A DNA stretch of 64,000 nt, from the NCBI RefSeq assembly GCF_006345805.1, contig NC_043001.1:3472001-3536000 (forward strand), given 5' to 3'. The notes beneath the pieces were generated by a model. It made no database searches. It saw only the letters and a program-made list of their open reading frames with translations, and was not told the DNA's origin. The position numbers and the translations under genes are program-made. This DNA is from Octopus sinensis (taxonomy: Eukaryota). Of the stretch, positions 39,438 to 51,977 are shown one piece after another; the stretch's first letter is position 1, and each line of letters begins with the position of its first letter.

Positions 39438-39465
<28 letters not shown>
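38328..39465. repeat. About 580 bp tandem duplication bounded by (TA)n
   Basis: cgtgcctatgtatg...aagttttacgaatataaata occurs twice; differs in microsatellite lengths. Confidence 0.95.
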
Positions 39466-39468
<3 letters not shown>

Positions 39469-40439
39469 TTTGTGTGTGTGAGTGTGAGTGTGTCTGTGTG
39501 TGTGTAAGATGGTAAAGTTATTTTAAAAATCTGCTGTTTTCATACACATATTTTGCAGGGATTGTCAGACAAGAATGGCTCTGAATTTAACAAGTTTGCT
39601 TCTTTATCATGTGGCTTCAAGTTCATTCGCTCTGCTGGTGATGTTGGGCAAGGGTCTTTTACAAGAGCTCCGAGCCAACCAAAGACTTAAGTGTCTTCTT
39701 GTTAGATAGAGACTGCACAAGGATTCTATTGAGAACAGTAAGAAACGATTATGAACTTTTCAATTTTCACTTTGTATAATATTTTTGATAAGGTTCGTTT
39801 TTTCAAGAACATGGATTCTATTGAGACCAGTAAGAAACGATTATGAACTTTTCCATTACACTTTTATTCTCCATTACACTTTTTATAATATTTTTGATAA
39901 GGTTCGTTTTTTCAAGAACCGAAACATGTAAAATTCATAAGAAAATTAAAATTTATCTAATATAGTGGCGTTTTCAAACTTCTTTTTTACAAATATATAC
40001 CCACTCGTATACGATCTACCCTTATTATAAATATGTATATATATATTCACATTATATTGTTCCATGAAGGTGAGATCGAAAAAATGTTATCCATCTGGTG
40101 ATATATATTGTCAAAAAAGTCATACTGTACATTTTATAAGCTACTAACAGTTTCATGCAAAATAAATGGCAAAGACTCCACACACGGCTGGTATCTTCAT
40201 GCAAACTTTAGGCTGTGCTCGTATGTCATATACAATCTAAAATGGGACGATAGAATAAGAGAAAATAGAAGAAAAGACGAGAAAGTGGATGTAAAAGGTG
40301 GAAGGGTAAGAACACCGGACAACGAAAGGGAAAGGAAAATAGGAAAAAGAAAAAGAAGGGAGATAATTAGAGTCTCATCATCTTAGACCGTAATGTCATC
40401 ATAATAAGCCTGAACGGAGATGGGTCTAGAGTCTGTATT

Positions 40440-41250
40440 ACAGCTGCCGAGTCCGGAGAGGGTGGTATTTTCCACTTTATCAACAAGAATATATTTATAT
40501 GTTTACATCTGAAAATTTCAAATCTGGAACTCAGCAATACGGTATAGTTATTAGATATGAAAAGGAGCTGTGATGTTTTAGCTACGCATAGCTTACATTT
40601 GTTTTGTGGTCCACTGACATATGGCAAGGATTTTTCAATTATTTTCCCCTTCATAATGTGTGGTGTAGTGTTAGATTTCAAATCCCATACGTGGTTATCT
40701 AGCTTAATGGTTTTACATTTGCCATTGTACTGGAAAGAAAGATGTGGTTCGCATAGCAATTTCGAAGTCGCCTTCAATAACCCGATGTAATTCTTCTTTT
40801 CGTCTATGTTATCATTTGGCGTTGCTGCAACTTCTGCCTCATACATGACGGATTTATTCATGCACCCCTTGTCGACTGGACAAATTCTTGAGTCTCTATA
40901 GTTACAACTGGGAGTAAACTCCTTGTGGGTATTTTCATGTTATGATGCTCTTCCTATTGGGCTATATGATAATTTAATTGAACGACTGTTGAATATTTTT
41001 CTGCATAAGTGATTTACTGGAAAATATTTACCGAAGAGAGTCAAGAATCTTGAGATGGATTCTGAGTTATATCTGCCACCCTATTGCACGTGTACTCCCT
41101 TGAATAGGTGCTACATAGTTTCTGTCTCCCTAATTTTACCCGTAAGACTTGGCACAACTTTTACCTATGATAAAAACCACTTTCCTTTCCCCAGGGCCAA
41201 CAAAATCGGTCATAAGATTGATATAATCATATATTGTGTTGAATGGAAGG
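40440..41250 (-). mobile_element. Penelope-like element relic (thumb/linker, Cys motif, GIY-YIG)
   Basis: SCNYRDSRICPVDKGCMNKSVMYEA...KKNYIGL...HVWDLKS...KIIEKSLPYVSGPQNKCKLCVA...LLSSRFEIF.CKHIN. Confidence 0.88.
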
Positions 41251-41621
41251 CCGTAGGATATCCGCCATGACAGAAATTAGTAAAATAATTGTTTTGGGCA
41301 CAAATCATGGGCAGAACGACTGAAACATTTTGAAGAGTGTGCAGGGATTCCACTCCATCACTGGTATTTCATATTTTTTACCTTGTGGAAGATGAGAGGC
41401 AAAGATAACCACTGTTGAATTTGACCTCAGAATATGAAGATTTGGAACAAATACGACTAGACAAGATGGTCACGGCTAGACATATTTTAATCTGAAGTCT
41501 ATTCATGTAAAGATAATCAGAGAACAACAACAGCAACAATAACACCGAGGAACTTTTCATATATTTTGCCCAACGTAAAATCTATGATTAAGACATTTCA
41601 TAAGATATATCACAACCTAAA

Positions 41622-41849
41622 GGCGGCGAGCTGGCAGAAACGTTAGCACGCCGGATGAAATGCGTAGCCGTATTTCGTCTGCCGTTACGTTCTGAGTTCA
41701 AATTCCGCCGAGGTCGACTTTGTCTTTCATCCTTTTGGGGTCGATAAATTAAGTACCAGTTACGCACTGAGGTCGATGTAATCGACTTAATCCCTTTGTC
41801 TGTCCTTGTTTTTCCCCTGTGTTTAGCCCCTTGTGGGTAGTAAAGAAAT
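41622..41849 (+). mobile_element. tRNA-derived SINE, family B, full length with 17-bp TSD
   Basis: TSD atatatcacaacctaaa at 41605-41621 and 41850-41866; B-box gagttcaaattcc; central gcctttcatcc/gtcgataaattaagtacc domain. Confidence 0.95.
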
Positions 41850-42432
41850 ATATATCACAACCTAAATGACCATCAATGTATCTCGTATGAAAACGAAACT
41901 TTCTACTGCTTAAAAGTATAACTTGAGATAAATGAAGAAACTTTTACTAACCTGCTGTACTGAAAAGGAAAAATGTTAGAAACGGTTGATGTTAGACAGG
42001 TGCTCTCTTAATTGACCGTGTGGTTGATTAGTGATTGATCGCTTCTTATTAATAAAAGATATTGGTTCTGCCGTATATGCATTCGATTAATAAATATTTA
42101 TGTGTAGAATCCTTGCTTGAGATATTTCAGCAACTGGCATAGCTGTGTTGTTCAGAATTTCACAATCCAAACACGACATTTAAAGTTCAATCCAGCTGTG
42201 GGGCACCTTGGTCAAGTGTTTGTTTTGTTGTTGTCCTGGGTTGACGAAAACCATATGAGTGACGTTTGGTAGACAGAAGCAAAAATGTACACATCGTCTC
42301 TATCCATATATCTATCTCTCTGTATCTATCTATCTATCTCTTTGTATCTATCTATCTACCTATCTTTCTATGTATCTGTCTGTCTTTCTGTCTACTTGTC
42401 TCTTTCTCTATCTCACTCTGTCCTTATCTATC

Positions 42433-42471
<39 letters not shown>

Positions 42472-43006
42472 CTCTGTGTGTGTGCGTATATTTGCATGTA
42501 TGTATGTATGTGTTTGTATATATGGGTATGTGAATCATTGTGTGAGCGAGTTCAAATTTCCATCACCTTAAATGTGAGCTCGCTCAGTGGTTGAAAACAG
42601 ATGGTATCAGTTGTCACCAGTATTCCATGTCAGCATGACAACTAGAAACAAAAATATTATTTACAAACACCGTTTACAACCACAAAACAAACAAAAAAAA
42701 ACACGAAGAGACAAAGAGCTGAAAACACATTCACTACGAACGCACACACACAGATATGGATATATACACAATACATACATAGGTTTATCATTTAAATATA
42801 TATGAGCATGTCTAGATATCTAAATATATGCATACAAATACATACATAAAGCCAAACATACAAATCTGAACATTTACATACATGCATACATACAAACAAA
42901 AATACTCTCTTGTTGATGTTGAACTTCCAAAGAAGGAGCTTTGAATCTAGGTTAGAAACCGGCTCCTTCTCGACTGGCAAGAAATCTTTAAATAAAACTG
43001 TAGAAT

Positions 43007-43048
<42 letters not shown>

Positions 43049-43507
43049 TGTCGCCACTTCAACATGGCTGTTCCGTCACTAACATTTTTAACCCTCCTCC
43101 AGCTGGTTATCGATCCAGTCTGTATCCGATATATATTGCAGCAAGGGAGCGAACCCTACCATCGTCTAGCAACGGTGGCAGGACCACCGGACCTTCTAGT
43201 TGTCCCTAATTCTCCTATATATTGTGAGCTTGAGTAAACTGCTGCTATCTCTAGCGGATGAGTATCCGCCACTGAGAACGCGTGCAAATAGCTTAAAACT
43301 GACGGCGTGGTGGTTCCGTCGCCATTGTTACAAGCTGCTTATGTCTGTCGGGCACCTAAAAGCTGGTCACTTTCCTTCATAAATCGGAATTTATCAGAAT
43401 TCTGCAAATCTTATTTTCTTCACTAAAGTAGGTTTGAAAAATTTGCTTAAATTCTGATGTTTCCAATGTTATCGCATTTAATACTCATGAGGAAATTCAC
43501 CTGAAAC

Positions 43508-43547
<40 letters not shown>

Positions 43548-43725
43548 CCACCATCACCACCACCATCATCATCATTGTCGTTGTCGTTGTTATAATGGTT
43601 ATTGTTGTCGTCACCATCCCTAATACTGTCATCGTCAGCATCAGCATCATCGTCGTCGTCGTCGTCGTCATCATTATCACCAACGCCAACATCATGATCG
43701 TCGTCGTCGTCATCAACACCATCAT

Positions 43726-43778
<53 letters not shown>

Positions 43779-44109
43779 GGAGCAGTGTCATAATTGGTTT
43801 TGAGGCAGCTTTTCTATGGCTGTGTGCCTTTCCTGTCGCCGACTATTGCCTGTCCCAAACAAATATTTTCCCCTATGGCCAGACATATTCTTCACAGAGG
43901 ACTAGAAACGAGCAACACTGCTTATTTGAAGATGATGCTTGTTTACAATCACCAAATGATTAAAACGAGGGTTCATACAACCGCACACATATAACTACGA
44001 ATCTATATCTACACATTCATCTACCTATCTACTTAGCTATTTATGTATCTATTTATCTATTCATTTGTTTACTTATATATTTATTTATCTATACATTCAT
44101 TTATGTCTT

Positions 44110-44278
44110 CATTTGTTATTCTTTCCGTTTCGTCTACCAAATAACCACACAAGGCCTGGTTAGCACAGGGCTATTGTACCAAACACTTACTTAAAATGCC
44201 TTACAATAGAATTGAACCAGAAACCATGTAATAAGGAAACAACCTTCTTACCAACACACTCGGGTTAACGCCTATGTA
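44110..44278 (-). mobile_element. Family A SINE 5' half, diverged
   Basis: Homology to the head of 53433-53847. Confidence 0.7.
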
Positions 44279-44589
44279 TTGAGTAAATCGTTGCAATTAC
44301 GCTCACCTTTGGTTTTTACTGCTGTCATCTGATTTCATATTTGTAGGTATGAAGTTAATTGAAGCAATTCAAATAATGAATGCGGCTTCTTTCAAAAACT
44401 TAGATTAGGAATGACAGAATCTGAACTTGAAATTAGAAAGTCAGACATTAGAACTAAATGGATTTTAATTTGCCTTTTCCTCTAAAAGGAATTAGTCTCT
44501 GTTTTTTTTTTTGCGAGTCAGTACTCCGTTGTCATATGACTCAAAATATTTAAAAGTTATTTGAATTTCAGAAATAAACAATAAACAGA

Positions 44590-44845
44590 TGCAGGCATGC
44601 CTGAGTGGTAAGACGTTTACCTCCCAATCACATGGTTCCAGGTTCAGTCCCATTGCACGTCAGACTCGGCAAGTGTCTTCTTCTATAGCCTCCGACCAAC
44701 CAATACCTTGTGAGTGGATTTAGTAGATAGAAACGGAAAGAAGCCCTTCGTGTACATGTGTGTGTGTGTATTTGTGTCAATGTCAACCACCATCGTCTGA
44801 TAACTGGTGTTGGTGTGTTTACATCCCCATAAGTTAGAAGGTATC
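44590..44845 (+). mobile_element. Family A SINE, partial
   Basis: ggttccaggttcagtcccattgc...ggcaagtgtcttc...ggtgtgtttacatcccc. Confidence 0.85.
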
Positions 44846-44859
44846 CTTGTCAGTTACAC

Positions 44860-45070
44860 CTCACTTAGAGTAATCCTTAGGATTACAAATGGGGGCATTA
44901 GGAGGCCAGAAATTGGGGATGGTGAGGTTATAGAAATTCTCCAATAACCACATCTGACTGTTTCTAAAGGTATAGCAAGGAACCGAACCCTTCTGACACA
45001 TATGGCCTTCCAGCAGCAGCTCTCTCCAAACAGGGGTTAACCACAATCTTCAACAGCTTCACATAGCCAT
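44860..45070 (-). mobile_element. Tc1/mariner (maT/DD37D-like) transposase catalytic-domain relic
   Basis: SVPCYTFRNSQMWLLENFYNLTIPNFWPPNAPICNPKDY resembles QDSAPCH.S..SQ.WL.ENF....WPPNSPD.NP.DY. Confidence 0.8.
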
Positions 45071-45241
45071 GTACCAGAATTCCTGTTCTACCCCTTCCTG
45101 CTGATCATGATTTCGTAGCCTCTGTTGCAGCTGTCTTTTGTACGTCAAACAACATTTACAGTTTTTACAGAGCACTGGGCAGCGCATATGATGTCGGCAT
45201 TTTGATACCCAGCGCTAATCCTCATAACACACGTAACTAAC

Positions 45242-45352
45242 TCTTTTGCAATATCCAGTGGCTTCTGTCCTCCATGTCAGCTAATTGTTTCTCAATTACA
45301 ACTTTAATCTTCATACTTTCCAACACCGTTGAGTGTTCACCAATACATGAGG
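45242..45352 (-). CDS. Candidate 111-bp phase 1-1 coding exon, unidentified
   Basis: Strong acceptor ttttatttctttttccag; only one open frame SCIGEHSTVLESMKIKVVIEKQLADMEDRSHWILQK; donor A|gttagt. Confidence 0.35.
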
Positions 45353-45796
45353 CTGGAAAAAGAAATAAAATGGAAATTGTTAAATTTAGCCTGAAAACAC
45401 AGTACGATAGAAATTTAACAGCTTCAAGCTGGTCAGTGTCAGAGGATTTCCAACGGGAATGGAACAACTCCTTCCTCCAAACTCAACAAATTATAAAATA
45501 AGAAAATAAGCAATCGGAGGAGAGTCTATAGAACCACTTAACAATCAAGGAATATCAACTGAATCTGTCAATTGACATCGTGTTTTTGTATTTCAATACA
45601 GGATTCTGTAGTCCTATATACATATGTCTGTCCTTAATAATAAAGACCCCATTTTCAATACCAAGATTCAGGTGAGACAATCCTGAAATAACGATGAGTT
45701 GGTCATTGTTTAGTGCATAAGGTAAGTGCTTGTTTAGACCAGTACCCCGCCTGCCCACCATCTCTGCTCAGTCGTTGCACAAGTGGAGCTGAACAG

Positions 45797-45835
<39 letters not shown>

Positions 45836-46031
45836 ATATATATATTATATATATGTGTGTGTGTGTGTGGTGTGTGTGTGTGTGTGTGTGTATGTGTGTG
45901 TGAATATGTATGCATGTATGTGTATATATATATGTATATATATATATATGTATATATATAATATATATATGTATATATATATATATGTATATATATATAT
46001 GTAATATATATATATGTATATATATATATAT

Positions 46032-46094
<63 letters not shown>

Positions 46095-46109
46095 CACATA
46101 GATGCATAC

Positions 46110-46141
<32 letters not shown>

Positions 46142-46567
46142 TATATATGAAGCCGTAACTCAACAATAAGAAAATCAATTTAAATTCTTTAAAAAAATTG
46201 CAATCGTTCTTAGACTTCTTCTTAATCTAAACCGAAAAAATAAACATGGGAGAAGAGAGAGCAAGTAAGAGTTATGTAGAGAAAATAAATAAATAAATTG
46301 AAATAAAAGAAGGAAAAGAAAATGTTATTTCCTTCATCAATCTTCAAGAAATATTTAATTCAGAGGAAAGAACTTAGTGAAATATATATGATTGAGTTAG
46401 ATTTTCAGTTAAGTATATACTTTCATGGAAGACATCTATAATTGATGGTTTCCACCACTCACTCAATATTCTGCACTGCACCAGACGTATGTTATTATAA
46501 CTTTAATCTCTCATTGTTTTTGGGAAACATTTATCTATATATCTAAATTTATTTTATACACATGTGT

Positions 46568-46619
<52 letters not shown>

Positions 46620-48676
46620 AACATATACAAATGTATGCATACACACTCACAGACACCCCTATGTAAACGCATATGTATATAGATGCCTTTATATACATAC
46701 ATGCATATATGCATATATACATAGGTATATACTTACATACATACACATACATATATACACACACACACACTGAGAAACACACATGTATGCAATAGAGACT
46801 CCCATATATAACACAGTTTAGAAAAGGTTCAGTCACGTGAGATTGTCCTACTATTTGAAATCAAAAATATTCATTTTAAAAATGTCGAAACCTATGTTAT
46901 CAAATAGACAAGAAAGAAGGGATTTACTTCTTTAGATTTTCCGTTACATTTGATTGCAGTTCATTTTTGTTCTATGGTACCTTATGCTTCTGAGATTCTG
47001 CTGAATGTTTCGCTCTTCAATGAGAAATGATTGAGTGTTAATAGGAATTAAATATAAATACACATCAAGGCAGGGTTTGAAACCAGATCTCTTGTTCTAA
47101 TACGATGAAGTTCAATTCATGCAAAGTAAGATATGCTTTGCACTTTTCTACCTCTGTATACATGTATATACATATATTTATATGTGTGTGTGTGTGTGTG
47201 TGCGTGCGTGCGTGTGTTAAAATCAGGGTAAAATATGTACCGGTTTGCTAGAAAGAAGAGTGAAAATTGTCAAAAACTACGCATCTCTCACTATATGCAA
47301 ACATGCACAGAGAACATAGCTGGGTACTGTAGCGTTATTGTTTAATGATAATGATAACTTACTTGAACTATATATATGAATATATATACAGATGTATGTG
47401 CATGAGTAAGTGTATATATATATATATGTATATATATGTATGCATATATATATATAAATTTTTCTATAATATTCCTACTATGTATATTTTCTTAATATGT
47501 GTATGTATATATATATAAGGAATACTACTTAAATTCTACACAACGTCCAAGTAGGACAGACACTGAAGGACACTAATTCTTCATCAGTTATTGACCAAAA
47601 TGACTAAGATTCAGTTTCGTGCCTTTAACGATTAGACTGAGAACTTCGTACACAAGCGGCACCCGAAAGATTTGCGTAGAATTAGGTATCGAGCAAATAG
47701 GTGGACGTATATGTATATATATATATATATATATTTTACTAGTTTGTATCTCCAGCTCCTTCTAGCAATTGGAATAGTTGCGTATGCAAACAGATTGGCT
47801 GCTTGTCACACTGGGATCGGACAGATTGATATAGACACCCCTGAAGAGAAGCCAATAGGATTCGAAAATCAATTAAGGCTATATCATTGTTTTATGCACG
47901 CGCATGTGTACGTATATATGTATCTGTCTGCCTGTGTGTGTGTGCGTGTTTTTTATGCATTTATACAGGGAGAGAGGAAGAGAAAATTAATAATAATTCA
48001 GTTCATAAAACCACTCTTAATAATTACCACAGCTCTTTCTATTGCCGTGTTAATTATTGATGGTGTTGGAAGTTGATAGAATGGTGCATATTATTTTAGC
48101 TAATTTCCATAGGATATGGAATTTCGTGTATTATAGAAGGCATAAAGTAAAACTAAAATATTTTCTCTCACTTCTTGGCTTATAATATACATCTGTCTCA
48201 ATCATATTGTGTCTTGATAAATAAAATACTAAACAATTACAATTTATTGAGCTCTGCATTATAAAAACGTAATGTTCTTTATTTATTAGTGTCGCCTAGC
48301 CACAGAATATAACACTTCGTTAAATACCGCTTCAAAATTTTCTTTTGGTAATCATAAAAACTGTTGGTTCTAACTGTGAAGAAGAATTTTGAAATATATG
48401 TTCTTCGAAAAGTCCATTAATAAAAATGAAATTACATTTTATGCAGGAGATATCAAAGAAACACAAAATGTATCAACAAGATTTTAAGAAATCAGCCGAG
48501 GTTCGAATTCAACGGAAACCAACCTAGATACGGAGTTGAAACTAACTCAGAGAATAAAAACCAACATTTGTCGAGTCACACAAGGCTTTTGATTTCAAGA
48601 GAGAAAAGAGAAAGAGAATAGCATCAGTCTGCTAAACAGTTTTCGGTCCAGCTCTATATTTAAGAAATGAGAAATT

Positions 48677-49146
48677 ATGTACATTATTTACATATGGCGT
48701 AGTGGTTAAGACTGCGGGCTACAAACCCCAAGATTCCGAGTTCGATTCCAGGCAGTGACCTGAATAATAATAACAATAACAATAATAATAACAATACTAC
48801 TACTACTACTACTAATAATAATAATAATAGCATCGAAAAATAACTTAGGAATGAGAACCCTAGTTCAAAATTTCCCGAATTATGTACATTATTTACATAT
48901 GGCATTGTGGTTAAGACCGCGGGCTACAAACCCCAAAATTCCGAGTTCGATCCCAAACAGTGACCTGAATAATAATAATCGTAATAATAATAATAATAAT
49001 AACATCGAAAAATACCTTAGGAATGAGAACCCTAGTTCAAAATTTCCCCAAGACACCTGATAAAGGCTGGAGGGTATATCAGCCGAAACGTTCTGTTAAC
49101 AACAAACAAGATGAGAACAAATATCCGTCAAGTGTAAATAATATAT
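48677..49146 (+). mobile_element. tRNA-headed SINE-like element with a 3' hammerhead motif; 5' part duplicated in tandem
   Basis: A box TGGCGTAGTGG (48695-48705), B box GTTCGATTC (48740-48748), (AAT)n linker, second unit from about 48880, HHR at 49052-49097; each unit is preceded by the inverted 3' end tgtacattatttaca. Confidence 0.85.
49052..49097 (+). ncRNA. Minimal type-I hammerhead motif (this copy has G8A and a helix I mismatch)
   Basis: GACAC CUGAUAA A GGCUG-10nt-CAGCC GAAAC GUU/CUGUU; the 7211-7221 copy reads GUUGUGUU, restoring helix I. Confidence 0.7.
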
Positions 49147-49489
49147 GTTGTCCTATCGTAAGGAACGGTGTGACCAGATGCAGCAACGGAAACATAAGAA
49201 ATCTAAAGATTTAACAGCATAAAACTAGATTGACAAAAGTATTTAGATTTACACTGACTTAACAAAACTGAAATATCAATGAAATCAAAAATCATGCCAG
49301 AGAGTCTCGCTGAAAACTAAGACTTATAAAAGAATTGCTTTGTGAAGGAAATTACGATGAATTTCCTCTGAGAAATGAAAGTAGATATCATTCCTCAAAA
49401 GGGACAATATAACTTATTTTAAATATGATCTTCAAGTAAATTATATGCTCGAAATTCGCTGCAAAAGAATGGGAGAATATGACTGCATG

Positions 49490-50330
49490 GATAACAGATG
49501 CAAAACTGGTTAGAAAAGAAAGCTGATACTAAATGTATGATAACTGCAATGTACATAGAATGCTATAAAAGTCTCGTGCTATCTATGCCTGATGCCAATA
49601 ACAGTTATGAAAAAATTAACTTCAATCAGCAAAAAATAAAACAAAAACATAACGTCCTAATCAATTTATACAGACATAAAAAATGTATAACTGACAAAGA
49701 ATATGGCTATTTAACCAACTTTAAATGTAAGACAAGCAATTTTTGTGGACTATCAAATGTTCGCGAAAGTAACAATGCAAGTAGAGATTCTTTATTTTCA
49801 TGATTAAATTTCTTCTTTCATCTGATAAAAATGTGATTGATATTGGCAAGAAAATCTTGTGAGACTCGCCGATCGAGGAATTTCGTAGACATATTACTAA
49901 AACCATATTTAAAAAAGAAACAAGACAAAAAAACTACTCAAATATATTAAACCACCGTCTATGTACAAAGTATGAAAATCCTTAGGAGTTGCTTTTTCGT
50001 GTGGTTCCGGCATGAACATGGTATACAAGCAATACATTTATTGCTTAATAAATATCCTCGTTATTTATCAAGTCGCATATCCAAGTAATGCATAAGGACA
50101 AATTAGGAAAGGCAATGGGAACCGTCTTATCCCCAACATATGCAATTTTAATTATGCGAATACTTTAAAAAAATATATGAAACATCCTGGCAGAAATATA
50201 GAAGCAAATTTTCATTCATAACTGAAAGGAAAGGAAACCTGGTAAACATATTTAGACGTATTTTTACTTTTGCCATAGTGAGAAATTTTGGGTAGACTTT
50301 CTTCCTTTAAGACACAGCAAATGTTATACA
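49490..50330 (+). mobile_element. Penelope-like reverse transcriptase relic
   Basis: KKADTK...YKSLVLSM...LTNFKCKTSNFCGLSNVRES (GLPKIHK-like); NFVDILLKPYL; GKAMGTVLSPTYA (GTAMG..MAPTYA-like) at 50106-50144. Confidence 0.85.
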
Positions 50331-50599
50331 TTCAATTTACTATGAAGCACAACAACGATAAATTAGAGATTTAGAGATATTAAATATAAAAAGGAACGGA
50401 ATGTGATTGAAACAGACGAATATTATGAGCTAACAGATTTGAGAAAATATTTACTATGTTACTCAAATTACACGGGTGCCAGTATTTAATACACCCTAAC
50501 TAACAGAATAAGCAGCATTGTAGCAAATACGAATACCAACAATAGTAAACACTGCAATAGAAAAGCAGGGACATGTGATGCTTTTCCTGATATGCCGAC

Positions 50600-51180
50600 C
50601 ACTTAAGAGAGTGCACTGGATGTGAACTATTTCCAAGACTAAATTAAATGTCATTCGATTTAGTGGGGTGAAAGTAGGGAATGAAGTGGCATAATGCTTG
50701 GTCAGGAGATACTAATTACGACAGCGGGAGAGATCCTGCTGTTGTTCTGTAGAGGACACACGTGGTTACTTCGCATTGTATAATGGTGAGTGGGAAAAGG
50801 TACGTAAATGAGAGCAATGGCAGTGAAGATGTGTCAGAGCTTACTTTTGATACAAGAAGGTGAGTACAAAAGAGGATATAGACAAAAAAATGTTTAAGGC
50901 GGGGATAAGCCCATTAAAGAATGTGAGGAGAATGGCAAATAGGTAGAGACGGGTAAAGGGGTGAATGTAGCAAATGGAACAAGTATGGATGTATCATCGA
51001 TGTTAAACATTTGGAGAGAATGTGAGAGACTAAAGTGGCTAAGGAAGAAGTGGCACAGGAACGGGGAAGAGCAATATTATATATAATAGAGGGACCAAAA
51101 AATTTTGAAACGATGTGAAGGTGGGTGAATGAAATGAGTGAAAAGGGCGCACCGTGGCAGGAATGGATATCAGATAAGAG
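50600..51180 (-). mobile_element. CR1/Jockey-like LINE RT relic, heavily decayed
   Basis: YNIALPRSCATSSLATLVSHILSKCLTS...LLHSPLY resembles YRPISLTS..CK.ME.I...L..YL....LLSP.QYGF. Confidence 0.45.
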
Positions 51181-51190
51181 ATAGATAAAA

Positions 51191-51977
51191 GGCGGCGAGC
51201 TGGCAGAAACGTTAGAACGCCGGGCGAAACGCTTAGCCGTATTTCGTCTGCCGTTACGTTCTGAGTTCAAATTCCACCGAGGTCGACATTGTCTTTCCTC
51301 CTTTCGGGGTCGATAAATTAAGTACCAGTTGCGCACTGGGGTCGATGTAATCGATTTAATACCTTTGTCTGTCCTTTTTGTCCCCTCTATGTTTAGCCAC
51401 TTGTGGGTAATAAAGAAATAGGTATTTCTTCTGCCGTTACGTTCTGAGTTCAAATTCCACCGAGGTTGACTTAACCTTTCATCCTTTCGCAGTCGATTAA
51501 ATAAGTACCAGTTACGCACTGGGGTCGATATAATCGACTTAATCCGCTTGTCTGTTCTTGTTTGTCCTTTCTGTGTATAGCCCCTTGTGGATAGTAAAGA
51601 AATAGAAATAGGTATTTCGTCTGCCGTTACGTTCTGAGTTCAAATTTCACCGAGGTCGACTTTGCCTTTCATCCTTTCGGGGTCGATAAATTAAGTACAA
51701 GTTGCGCACTGGGTCGATGTAATCAACTTAATCCCTTTGTCTGTCCTTGTTTGTCCCCTCTGTGTTTAGCCCATTGTGGGTAATAAAGAAATAGGTATTT
51801 CGTCTGCCGTTACGTTCTGAGTTCAAATTCCGCCGAGGTCGACTTTGCCTTTCATCATTTCGGCGTCGATAAATTAAGTACCAGTTACGTACTGGAGTCA
51901 ATCTAATCGACTTAATCCGTTTGTCTGTCCTTATTTGTCCTCGCTGTGTTTAGCCCCTTGTGGGTAATAAAGAAATA
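51191..51977 (+). mobile_element. Family B SINE tetramer: one headed unit plus three head-less units
   Basis: Junctions gaaata|ggtatttc at 51420/1, 51610/1 and 51793/4; added units are 183-190 bp. Confidence 0.95.

Noticed and set aside
45274-45501. Plus-strand ORF with hydrophobic start and GKR (neuropeptide-like)
   Set aside because: Weak signal peptide and a single dibasic site; it overlaps a better-supported minus-strand exon candidate.
47838-47870. Hammerhead-like CUGAAGA + hairpin + GAAA
   Set aside because: Helix II is good, but no NUH triplet with a pairing helix I could be built; at most a decayed copy.
48695-48760. tRNA gene
   Set aside because: A and B boxes are present, but no acceptor stem or T-run terminator is evident and the sequence continues into a repeat body, so it is a SINE head. 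The same applies to the family A and B heads.
51191-51977. CRISPR-like regular repeat array
   Set aside because: Units are ~185 bp SINE bodies with no unique spacers and no cas genes; the context is eukaryotic.
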